Positions 23,295 to 34,154 are shown, counted from the stretch's first letter. The stretch: DNA of 64,000 bases from Candidatus Eiseniibacteriota bacterium (GCA_963744995.1 CAVUWA010000004.1:288001-352000), one strand, 5' to 3'. The notes: a model not told the origin generated them from the letters alone. Program-made: numbers and translations.

Positions 23295-23897
23295 ATGACT
23301 CTCAGGGTTGCAGGGCTGCTCGTGATGGTGACTGCCTGGTCCATGAGCTGGGGCGCGCCGGCGGCGCGGGCCGAGCGCCGCGTGGTGCCGCCGCGGGCGG
23401 GGCAGGTGGGCCTCGGGATTCAGGGTCAGTTCGGAACGCTGCTCCAGTCGGGTGATCTGGGCGAGGAGTTCGGCTCGGGGCCGGGGCTGGCGATCCGCGT
23501 GCGCTACCGCATGCGCTACGAGCGGGCGATCGGCCTGTCCTTCGAAAGCCAGGATTTCGACGCGCGTGACCCCGCCGACAGCCTCGGGTCGGTGACCAAA
23601 GCGACGCTGATCCTCTCGGGCCTCGAGTTCTACCAGCTGTTCGGCACGCGCACGACGTCGCACAAGATGCTGAGCATCGGCGCGGGGCTCGCGCAGGTGT
23701 CCGAGGACACCAACGACAGCGGCACGATCTTCCCGGGCGACGGCGTCTACCTCAGCCTGGGCGCGGGGGTGGAGCATTTCTTCTGGAACAGCTGGGCATG
23801 GGATCTGAGCACCCGCTACTTGTCGGTGTTCCAGGAGGGCAAGGTGAATCACGACATGCAGATCTCGCTCGGCCTGATCTTCTACGCGAGCTACTGA
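23295..23897 (+). CDS. Outer-membrane beta-barrel domain protein
   Basis: Signal peptide; alternating amphipathic strands; aromatic C-terminus (LGLIFYASY); AAGGAG RBS. Confidence 0.7.
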   Translation: MTLRVAGLLVMVTAWSMSWGAPAARAERRVVPPRAGQVGLGIQGQFGTLLQSGDLGEEFGSGPGLAIRVRYRMRYERAIGLSFESQDFDARDPADSLGSVTKATLILSGLEFYQLFGTRTTSHKMLSIGAGLAQVSEDTNDSGTIFPGDGVYLSLGAGVEHFFWNSWAWDLSTRYLSVFQEGKVNHDMQISLGLIFYASY

Positions 23898-25297
23898 TGA
23901 CCGTCCCGCTCCGCATTTCGTTCGAAGGCGCGGCGCGCACCGTGACCGGGTCGCGCCATCGCATCACCTTCGGGAAGCGGAGCTGGCTGTTCGACTGCGG
24001 TCTCTACCAGGGCCGGCGCGAGGAGGCCTATCGGATCAACCGCTCGTTCGACTTCGAGCCGGCGGACCTGGAGGGCGTGGTGGTGTCGCATGCGCACATC
24101 GACCATACGGGGAATCTGCCGACGCTGGTCGGCCGCGGGTTCGCGGGCGACATCCACGCGACGCCCGCGACGGCGGACCTCGGCGAGGTAATGCTGCCCG
24201 ACAGCGCTTTTCTCATGCGCCGTGACGTGGACTTCCTGCGCCGTCACGGCAAGCGGGCACAGGAGCCGCTGTTCGCCGAGAAGGACGTGGCCCTGACGCT
24301 GTCGCGGATGCGCACCCACGGCTACCACGAGCCGTGGACGCTCGAGGAAGGCATGCGCGTCACCTACTACGACGCCGGGCACATCCTCGGCTCCGCGCTC
24401 ACCCGTTTCGAGTTCGAGAGCGGCGGCCGCCGTTTCGCGCTGGGGATGAGCGGCGACCTCGGCCGGCCCGGCCGGGCGATCCTGCGCGATCCGGAGGCGA
24501 TCCCGCCGGTCGATGCGCTGGTGCTCGAGAGCACCTACGGCGACCGGTTGCATCCCGATCCGGAGTCGACCGAGAACGAGCTCGTGGACGTCGTCCGCCG
24601 CACCGTCGACCGCGGCGGACGGCTGCTGGTGCCGGCGTTCGCGGTGGGCCGCACGCAGGAGCTGGTGGCGACGTTCCACGCGCTGTGCGAGGCGGGCCGC
24701 GTGTGCGACCTGCCGATCTACGTGGACAGCCCGATGGCGCGCAAGGCGACCGCGGTGTTCGTCGAGCATCCGGAATGCTTCGACGCCGAAACCCGCCACG
24801 CCTTCAAAGCGCAGCACGGCGCGCCGTTCGGGTTCCACCGACTGCGCTATGTCGGCAGCGTCGAGGAATCCAAATCCTTGAACGGGGTCGAAGGGCCGTG
24901 CGTGATCGTCGCCGCCTCCGGCATGTGCGAAGGCGGGCGGATCCTGCACCACCTCGCGCACGGGCTCGGCGACAGCCGCAACACGGTGCTGTTCGTGGGC
25001 TACCAGGCCGAGCACACGCTCGGGCGGCGGCTGCGCGAGGGTGCGGAAGAAGTGAGCATCCTCGGCGAACGCGTGCGGCGCCGGGCGGAAATCGCGGGGC
25101 TCGACGGCTTCAGCGCGCATGCGGATCAGGCCGAGCTGGTGAGCTGGGTCACGCGGCTCGATCCGGCGCCGCGCCGGATCTTTCTCGTGCACGGCGATCT
25201 CGGACCGGCCGAGACGCTGGCCGCGATCCTGCGCGAGAAGACCGGCGCAGAAGTCATGGTGCCCGAACGCGGACAGGGGGTGGACCTGTGGAACTGA
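23897..25297 (+). CDS. MBL-fold beta-CASP ribonuclease (Ysh1/TTHA0252-like)
   Basis: SHAHIDH, AGHILGS, GDLG, ESTYG, FAVGRTQE, SGMCEGGR, FSAHAD and VHG motifs. Confidence 0.92.
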   Translation: MTVPLRISFEGAARTVTGSRHRITFGKRSWLFDCGLYQGRREEAYRINRSFDFEPADLEGVVVSHAHIDHTGNLPTLVGRGFAGDIHATPATADLGEVMLPDSAFLMRRDVDFLRRHGKRAQEPLFAEKDVALTLSRMRTHGYHEPWTLEEGMRVTYYDAGHILGSALTRFEFESGGRRFALGMSGDLGRPGRAILRDPEAIPPVDALVLESTYGDRLHPDPESTENELVDVVRRTVDRGGRLLVPAFAVGRTQELVATFHALCEAGRVCDLPIYVDSPMARKATAVFVEHPECFDAETRHAFKAQHGAPFGFHRLRYVGSVEESKSLNGVEGPCVIVAASGMCEGGRILHHLAHGLGDSRNTVLFVGYQAEHTLGRRLREGAEEVSILGERVRRRAEIAGLDGFSAHADQAELVSWVTRLDPAPRRIFLVHGDLGPAETLAAILREKTGAEVMVPERGQGVDLWN

Positions 25298-27234
25298 TGT
25301 CGCGGTATCAGGTCGGCCAGCGGCTGCGGCATCCGCAGTTCGGCGAAGGGCTCGTCGTCGAGGTCCACACCGACCGCGGCCGCGAGGTGCTGGAAGTGGT
25401 GTTCGACGGCGAGCTCAGGCGCCTGTCGGCGCAGCGCGAGTGGGAAGTGGTGGACGGCAACGCCCCCGAGCTGCCGCGCGAAGAGGACGTGGCCTCGCCG
25501 GTCGTGCGCGGCTGGCACGCGCAGGGCGACGCGCTGTTCGAGGCGTGGGCGGCCGGGCAGCACGTGCCGCCGGCGGCGTTCGACCTGCGCGCCGAGGCCG
25601 AAGACTGGGCCGGCTGGGCCGGCACCGACCGTCTGGTTTCGCTCAATTCGCTGCGCGGCGTGGAGCGTTTCCCGCACCAGATCCGCGCCTGCCTGAAGGT
25701 GATGCGCCACCTGAACGGCCGGGCGATCCTCGCCGACGAAGTCGGCCTCGGCAAGACCATCGAGGCCGGCATCGTGCTCAAGGAATACCTGCTGCGCGGC
25801 GCGGTGCGCACGGCGCTGGTGCTGGTGCCGGCGTCGTTGTGCGAGCAATGGCGGGCGGAGCTGTGGGAGAAGTTCGAGCTCGACTTCGTGGTCTCCCGCG
25901 GCCCGTCGGGGCAGTGGGGCCGCCACCCGCTGGTGATCTCGTCGCTCGAAACCGCGCGCCACGAGCGTCACCGGCGCCGCGTGCGCGGCGCGAACTACGA
26001 CCTCGTCGTCGTCGACGAGGCACACCGCCTGCGCAACCATCTGACGCTCGGCTGGAAGTTCCTGAACGACCTCAACCCTCGCTACATGCTGCTGCTCACC
26101 GCGACGCCGGTGCAGAACGACATGCGCGAGCTCTACAACCTGGCGACACTGGTGCGGCCGGGCACGGTGGGGACGTTCTCGCAGTTCCGCCGCGATTTCC
26201 TCTCGGGGTCGGACCGGCGCTCGCCGCGCAATACGCCGCGCCTGCGCACCCTGCTCGAGTCGGTGATGATCCGCACGCGGCGCGCCGACACGGATCTCAA
26301 GTTCTCGCCGCGCCGGGTGGAGACCTCGTGGGTCGCGCAGACCGCCGCCGAACGCACGCTGTACCGGCGCGTGAGCGAGTTCGTCGCGGACGCGGTGCGC
26401 TCCGATTCGTGCGGCCCCGGCAAGCCGCACTACTTCACGCTGATGGTGCTGCAGAAGGAGATGGGATCCTCGTGGGCCGCGGCGCGCTCGACGCTCGAGC
26501 GGCTGTGCGAGGCGCCCGACGGCCTCGATTCGCGGCGCCTGCGCCAGCTCGCGAACCGCGCGGCGGAGGTGTCCGACCATTCGAGCAAGGTGCGCACGCT
26601 GATGCGCCGCATCACCGCGCTCAAGGGCGAAAAGGCCATCATCTTCACCCAGTTCCGCTCCACGCAGGAGACGATCGTGCGCGCCCTGCGCGAGGCGGGC
26701 ATCGAGCCGTCGGTGTTCCACGGCGAGCTGGGCTGGCGCGAGAAGGAGGAGGCGCTCGAGACCTTCCGCACGCACTCTTCCGTGCTGGTGAGCACCGAGG
26801 CCGGCGGGGAAGGGCGCAATCTCCAGTACTGCCGGATCGTGATCAACTACGACCTGCCGTGGAATCCGATGCGCGTCGAACAGCGCATCGGCCGCGTGCA
26901 TCGGCTCGGCCAGGAACAGCCCGTGCGGGTGATCAATCTGGTGGCGCGCGGCACGATCGAGGCATACGTGCTCGAGATCCTGGACCGCAAGATCCGCATG
27001 TTCGAGCTGGTGGTCGGCGAGATGGAGGAGATCCTTGGAACGTGGCAGCCGCTGATGTCGTTCGAGGACGAGGTGTTCAAGCGCTGGACCGAGACCACCA
27101 ACCCGCGGCGTCGCAAGCGCAGCTTCCAGGAGCTGGCGACCCAGATGCAGACCGCCCGGCGTCTCTACCAGAAGCAGAAGGACCAGCAGAACTGGCTGTT
27201 TCCCGAGCGCGGCGCGAACGGAGCCGACGAGTGA
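25297..27234 (+). CDS. SNF2-family ATPase (YqhH/RapA-like) with an N-terminal Tudor-like domain
   Basis: ADEVGLGKT, DEAH, LTATP, STEAGGEGRNLQ, DLPWNPMRVEQRIGRVHRLGQ; TGATG overlap with the upstream stop. Confidence 0.92.
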   Translation: MSRYQVGQRLRHPQFGEGLVVEVHTDRGREVLEVVFDGELRRLSAQREWEVVDGNAPELPREEDVASPVVRGWHAQGDALFEAWAAGQHVPPAAFDLRAEAEDWAGWAGTDRLVSLNSLRGVERFPHQIRACLKVMRHLNGRAILADEVGLGKTIEAGIVLKEYLLRGAVRTALVLVPASLCEQWRAELWEKFELDFVVSRGPSGQWGRHPLVISSLETARHERHRRRVRGANYDLVVVDEAHRLRNHLTLGWKFLNDLNPRYMLLLTATPVQNDMRELYNLATLVRPGTVGTFSQFRRDFLSGSDRRSPRNTPRLRTLLESVMIRTRRADTDLKFSPRRVETSWVAQTAAERTLYRRVSEFVADAVRSDSCGPGKPHYFTLMVLQKEMGSSWAAARSTLERLCEAPDGLDSRRLRQLANRAAEVSDHSSKVRTLMRRITALKGEKAIIFTQFRSTQETIVRALREAGIEPSVFHGELGWREKEEALETFRTHSSVLVSTEAGGEGRNLQYCRIVINYDLPWNPMRVEQRIGRVHRLGQEQPVRVINLVARGTIEAYVLEILDRKIRMFELVVGEMEEILGTWQPLMSFEDEVFKRWTETTNPRRRKRSFQELATQMQTARRLYQKQKDQQNWLFPERGANGADE

Positions 27235-28382
27235 GCCCGGCCGTCAGGAAGAAGCCCCGCTCGCGCCGCAAGGCGGCGCGCGGCCGCCGCAGGGTGGCCG
27301 CCCCTCCGGTGACCGTGGCGACGCCCGGCGCTGCACTGCCCGTGCTGCCCGAGAGCTGGCGGACGTTCGTCGGCCGCTGGCTGGAGGGGGAGGGGTGCCG
27401 CATCAGCCCCGCCGCGCGCGGCGACTGGGAGGTCGACCTGTCCGACGTCCTGCGCAGGCGCTGGCGGCGCCAGCGCGTGCGGCTCGTGTTCGATCCGCTG
27501 CGCGCCACGCTGCCGCGCGGGGCGTGGTTCGCGGCGCCCGGCAGCGGCGCCGGCCGCCGCGTGCTGGAGATGGCGCTCGATCGCCCGCTGATCACGCATC
27601 GCACCGCGCTCGCGCAGGTCCCGGGCGCGCCGGAGGAGGGAATCGCCTCGGTGTGCCGCGTGAGGAGCCTCACCTGGGGCCCGGGGCGGCTCGGTCCGGT
27701 CCGCTACGAGCGGCGCATCGCCTTCCACGCGATCGTCACGCGCTGGGGCGGACTGCCGGTGCAGGAGCCGTGGATCGTGATGATGGACCCCGACGGCCGC
27801 CTGCTCGAGACGGTGCAGGGCCGCACTTTCGAGGACGTGCGCACCCGTGAAGGCCTGTACCAGATCAACGACGAGCCGACCCCCGAGATCCGGCGCCGCT
27901 GGATGGACGCGGCGCGCACGCATTTCGACGCGCTCATGGACACGCGCGAACAGGAGTGGGACACGGAGGTCGGCCGGCTGCGCGACGACGAACTGGAGCG
28001 GCTCGGAGAGTTCTTCTCGGCCCGCATCGGCGAGGAGGAGGAGCGCCAGCGCCGCCGCACCAGCGCGAACGACGAGTCCGACCTGGCCCATGGTGACGTG
28101 ACCTCCCTCAAGCTCGAATGGGAACGGCGTGCGGCCGAGGTGCGCCAGCGCTGGGCCCTGCGCACCGAGATCCGGCTGTGGGGCATCGAGGAGTGGTCGT
28201 GGCCGGTCGCCGAACTCGATCAGGAACTGCGCGCGGGCGCCGTGCACGTGCGGCTCAGGGCCGAGGTGGACGTGGCCCGCGGTCAGCCGGCGCTGCCGCC
28301 CTGCCCTTCGTGCGGCACGCCGGCCGAGATGCTGGTGCGGCGCCGCGGCCACGTCGCCTGCGTGCGCTGTGCGCGCGACTGA
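27231..28382 (+). CDS. Hypothetical SNF2-partner protein (YqhG-like by recall) with a coiled coil and a C-terminal Zn ribbon
   Basis: GTGA overlap with the SNF2 stop; charged coiled-coil segment (DDELERLGEFF...EEEERQRR); CPSC-x15-CVRC at the end. Confidence 0.7.
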   Translation: MSPAVRKKPRSRRKAARGRRRVAAPPVTVATPGAALPVLPESWRTFVGRWLEGEGCRISPAARGDWEVDLSDVLRRRWRRQRVRLVFDPLRATLPRGAWFAAPGSGAGRRVLEMALDRPLITHRTALAQVPGAPEEGIASVCRVRSLTWGPGRLGPVRYERRIAFHAIVTRWGGLPVQEPWIVMMDPDGRLLETVQGRTFEDVRTREGLYQINDEPTPEIRRRWMDAARTHFDALMDTREQEWDTEVGRLRDDELERLGEFFSARIGEEEERQRRRTSANDESDLAHGDVTSLKLEWERRAAEVRQRWALRTEIRLWGIEEWSWPVAELDQELRAGAVHVRLRAEVDVARGQPALPPCPSCGTPAEMLVRRRGHVACVRCARD

Positions 28383-28449
28383 AGGCCTGCCGGGAGCCGC
28401 GCGGCGGTCCCCGGGCGGTGAGCCCGGGCGCGCAGGCCGGCCGGGCGGC

Positions 28450-28478
28450 TTGACGGTGCCCCGGCGCTCGGCTAACGT
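28450..28478 (+). promoter_or_regulatory. Putative sigma70 promoter
   Basis: TTGACG-17 nt-TAACGT about 70 nt upstream of the 28549 start. Confidence 0.55.
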
Positions 28479-28548
28479 CCCCGCGCTCATGGCACCTCGT
28501 TCCGGTCGAGAAATCGCTTGAGAACACAGGCGTAAACGGAGGCATCAC

Positions 28549-29226
28549 TTGTCACTGGAGTCACGGCGCGGTACGCAGCTGCACGATCCCGGCGCGGAGC
28601 TTCTCGATCGTGTCGGCGCGATCTGGAGCGAATACGGTCGCGTGATCCTCGGCGGACTCGTCGTGGCCGCGGCCATCGTGGGCGGGGTGATCCTGTTCCA
28701 GAAGAACCAGGCCCGCACCGCGGCGCAGGCTTCGGCCAAGCTGGCCGAGGCGACCGTGTTGTTCTGGCAGGGTGACTACGCCCGTTCGCTCGAGGCGGCG
28801 AAGCAGGTGAGCCAGGAGTACGCTTCGACCCCGGCGGGCAAGGACGCGCACCGGCTCGCCGGCGACAACGCGTTCTGGACCGGGGATTACAAGACGGCGG
28901 TCGAGGAATATAAGCAGTACCTGTCGGGCGCAGGATCGAACATGCTCGCGGACGCGGCGCGGCGCAGCCTGGCGTATGCGCTCGAGTCCGAGGGCCAGTA
29001 CGCCGAAGCGGCGACCAACTACCTGGCGCTGGTCGGCAAGTTCGACCGTGAAACCGACGGTGAGATGCTGCTCGCGGCCGGGCGCAGCCACAAGGAAGCG
29101 GGCATGCTGGCCGAGGCGAAGCAGGATCTCGAAAAGCTCGACAACGAGTACGGCGACACCAGCTCGGCCCGCAAGGGTCGCGAGCTGCTGGCCGAGATCG
29201 AACTGGGGCTCGCAAAACCGAGCTGA
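28549..29226 (+). CDS. Membrane-anchored TPR protein (YfgM-like)
   Basis: TTG start after GGAGG; single TM segment (VILGGLVVAAAIVGGVILF); TPR-like helices. Confidence 0.8.
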   Translation: MSLESRRGTQLHDPGAELLDRVGAIWSEYGRVILGGLVVAAAIVGGVILFQKNQARTAAQASAKLAEATVLFWQGDYARSLEAAKQVSQEYASTPAGKDAHRLAGDNAFWTGDYKTAVEEYKQYLSGAGSNMLADAARRSLAYALESEGQYAEAATNYLALVGKFDRETDGEMLLAAGRSHKEAGMLAEAKQDLEKLDNEYGDTSSARKGRELLAEIELGLAKPS

Positions 29227-29244
29227 GGCGCGACGGCAGAGGCC

Positions 29245-30165
29245 ATGAACGGGCCGCCCCGGACGCCGGGGCGGCCCGTCGCGTTTGCAGAAGCGCGCAG
29301 CAGGAGGGTGATCGTGAACCGGCCGGAGCCCCGTGAGGGCGACATCGTGAGCATGCTCGGGCCGGCGGCGATGTGGCGCATCGAGCGCGCCGACGCGGAC
29401 GGCCTGTGCCGGGGCGCGGCGTTCGGCGCGCGGCTGTTCGGGTTCGCGCCGCGCATCGAGCGCGTCGCCGGCGCATGCGTGTGCATCATGGGGCCGGGAC
29501 AGCTGGTGAACAAGGTGCTCGGCCTCGGCCTCGAGGGTCCCGCCGAGGAGGCGACCCTCGAGCGGATCGAAGCCGCGTTCGCCGCGGTGGAGCTCGAGCC
29601 GCAGTTCGAGGTGTGGCCCGAGCTGGACCCCGGGTTCGAAGGCCGTCTGGAGCGACGCGGCTACCACGTGAGCGGAACGCTGTGCGTGCTCGCCATGACG
29701 CTGGGCGGGCGCATGCCGGCGCCTGCCGCCGCCGGCGCGGTGCGCGTGGAGCGCGTCGGTCCGGACAACGCGGACGTCTACGAGCTGACCGTATCGCGCG
29801 GGTTCAAGGACATGGACGCAGGCGAGCCCGATCCGGCCGAGCGCGTGTTCGCCCGCGGCGCGGCCCGGAACCCGGAGACCGAAGCCTGGCTGGCGCGCGT
29901 GGACGGGGTTCCCGCGGGCGGCGGCGCGCTGGCCGCGGTCTCGGGGCTGGCCACGCTGTACGGCGCCAGCACGCTGCCTGCGTTCCGGCGCCGCGGCGTG
30001 CAGCGCGCGCTGCTCGGCGCCCGGCTCGCCCGGGCCGCCCGGCTCGGCTGCGACCTGGCGTTCATGAAGGCCGCCCCGGGCTCGAGCTCGGAGCGCAACG
30101 CCCGCCGCGCGGGGCTCACGCTGAGCGCAGGCAAGACGATCTGGACGCGCGCCGCGGATCGCTGA
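29245..30165 (+). CDS. GNAT-family N-acetyltransferase (start uncertain)
   Basis: Acetyl-CoA motif TLPAFRRRGVQRALL; SERNARRAG. Confidence 0.8.
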   Translation: MNGPPRTPGRPVAFAEARSRRVIVNRPEPREGDIVSMLGPAAMWRIERADADGLCRGAAFGARLFGFAPRIERVAGACVCIMGPGQLVNKVLGLGLEGPAEEATLERIEAAFAAVELEPQFEVWPELDPGFEGRLERRGYHVSGTLCVLAMTLGGRMPAPAAAGAVRVERVGPDNADVYELTVSRGFKDMDAGEPDPAERVFARGAARNPETEAWLARVDGVPAGGGALAAVSGLATLYGASTLPAFRRRGVQRALLGARLARAARLGCDLAFMKAAPGSSSERNARRAGLTLSAGKTIWTRAADR

Positions 30166-30257
30166 GCACGCGGCGGGCGACCCGCGGGGGTGAGCGCGGA
30201 CCGGGCGGTCGCGGCCGGGAATCGGGCAGAGACGCATCGGCGGGCGGCGAAACCACG

Positions 30258-30285
30258 ATGTCGCATAATTAACATTATGTAAACC
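30258..30285 (+). other. dif: dif-like XerCD recombination site (probable chromosomal dif)
   Basis: ATGTCGCATAA-TTAACA-TTATGTAAACC in 11-6-11 layout, resembling E. coli (GGTGCGCATAA..TTATGTTAAAT) and B. subtilis (..TTATGTAAACT) dif; AT-rich, intergenic, and at the point where gene orientation switches. Confidence 0.85.
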
Positions 30286-30341
30286 ACCGGCTCGGACGCC
30301 CGGCACCAGTGGGCCCGCTCGCCCGGTGGTTTGCATAATGT
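30272..30341. repeat. 19-bp inverted repeat that includes the dif XerD arm
   Basis: ACATTATGTAAACCACCGG (30272-30290) versus CCGGTGGTTTGCATAATGT (30323-30341); one T:G mismatch; 32-nt loop. Confidence 0.9.
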
Positions 30342-30378
30342 CGGGCACGGCGCTTCAAGAGGCTTCCCCCGCCCCCCG

Positions 30379-30536
30379 CCGGCGACCGGGGTTCATGCGT
30401 GAACCGCCGTCACGGCTTCGCCGTGCGGCGTGGGCTAATGTGCGGGTCTGCTGCTTCGCCCCGGCGACCGGGGTTCATGCGTGAACCGCCGTCACGGCTT
30501 CGCCGTGCGGCGTGGGTGAATGTGCGGGTCTGCTGC
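30379..30536. repeat. Two 76-bp direct repeats (82-bp period), each with two hairpins
   Basis: 30379-30454 and 30461-30536 are identical except CT/TG; internal palindromes GGTTCA-tgcg-TGAACC and CGCCG(t)CACGGC-ttc-GCCGTGCGGCG. Confidence 0.92.
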
Positions 30537-30568
30537 GAGCTGACTCATCTCCAGGGAGAGTGCGGAGG

Positions 30569-31627
30569 ATGCGATCAGGGCTGAAGATGATGCTGGGCAT
30601 GATCCTCGCGCTGCTCGTCGTGGGCGCGAAGACGGGAACGGGACTCGCTCAAGATGGACCGCACGATGAGTGGTGTGCTCCCCGCACGACCTGGCGCGGG
30701 CCGGGACCGTCGATGCAAGCGGACGATGTCGCCGATTCCCTCGCCGCGCGTCTCGTCGCTCTGGCACCTGGAGCGCGTGCGGAGGAATCGGCCCGGTTCC
30801 AGTCGGCAGGCCCGCCCGATGCGCGGGCCCCCGAGCTCGCGTTCGACACCCTGGGCACGGACCTGCTGCTGGCGGTTCACGACTCCTGGAACCACGTTGC
30901 GCTGAGGATCATAGGGCCGAATGACTGGCAAACGGTCCGAACCTGCACACGCGACACGACCCAGGAGGCGCTGAACGGGTTTCGTTTCATGGATTGCGTC
31001 GTGCTCGTGCGCTGCGATTCACCCTTCGGCGACCAGTCGTGGCGGCTGGCGCTCGTGTGGTTCTCAAGCGCCGGCACATCCGGGCCGCACTGGCTTTGCG
31101 TGGCCCCTGTGGACTCTTCGCGCCACGCCGACTGGGGGCTGCACGCGGTCGGGATCGAGTCGTTCAACCGCGGCCGCCAGGACGGGCTAACGGTGCTTCG
31201 GCGTGTGGGCCGGGTGCTCCTGCAAACCTGGACCTACGATGCCGACGTCGGCGAACACGTCGTCGTCGATGCATTCGGTGCGTCGCCGAAGCTGCGGATG
31301 GTCTCGACGTGGGTCGTTTTCCCGGGCGGCGCGCACTTGTTGAAGGCCGAGCCGGCCGACGACGCGACGTTTGCGGTGGTGAGGGCCTTCGACGCGCGCC
31401 ACGCCGGTGCTGATGCGTTCCCGGATCATGATGTGGACGTGGCGAGCGGGCCGGACGCTTGGATGCGCGCACACGCCTGGGCCCGCCTGGACGCCGTGCA
31501 ACCCTATGACGAGGGTGCCGCGCGGGTACGGCTGTCGTTCATCACCGACCACGGGCGGGCCGACACGCTTTCCGTTCTCGTCCGCCCCACTGGCGATGGT
31601 GTCACACGGCGATGGGAAATTCGCTGA
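30569..31627 (+). CDS. Hypothetical secreted protein (orphan-like; start 30569 or 30587)
   Basis: About 350-aa ORF with a signal peptide (MMLGMILALLVVGA...GLAQD); no family recognised; more A/T-ending codons than its neighbours by eye. Confidence 0.65.
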   Translation: MRSGLKMMLGMILALLVVGAKTGTGLAQDGPHDEWCAPRTTWRGPGPSMQADDVADSLAARLVALAPGARAEESARFQSAGPPDARAPELAFDTLGTDLLLAVHDSWNHVALRIIGPNDWQTVRTCTRDTTQEALNGFRFMDCVVLVRCDSPFGDQSWRLALVWFSSAGTSGPHWLCVAPVDSSRHADWGLHAVGIESFNRGRQDGLTVLRRVGRVLLQTWTYDADVGEHVVVDAFGASPKLRMVSTWVVFPGGAHLLKAEPADDATFAVVRAFDARHAGADAFPDHDVDVASGPDAWMRAHAWARLDAVQPYDEGAARVRLSFITDHGRADTLSVLVRPTGDGVTRRWEIR

Positions 31628-31686
31628 TCCGGCGGGGCGTCCGATCCTGAACCGCCCGGGTCTCGCGCAGGCGCGCTTGAAGCCGG

Positions 31687-34154
<2,468 letters not shown>

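Noticed and set aside
30379..30536. CRISPR array
   Set aside because: Only two 76-bp units separated by 6 nt; no spacer-sized unique sequences and no cas genes in the window.
30430..30540. Complete integron attC site
   Set aside because: GGCTAAT/GGTGAAT resemble an R'' box only loosely. No complementary L'/R' (GTTRRRY) half was found downstream, and there is no IntI-type integrase.
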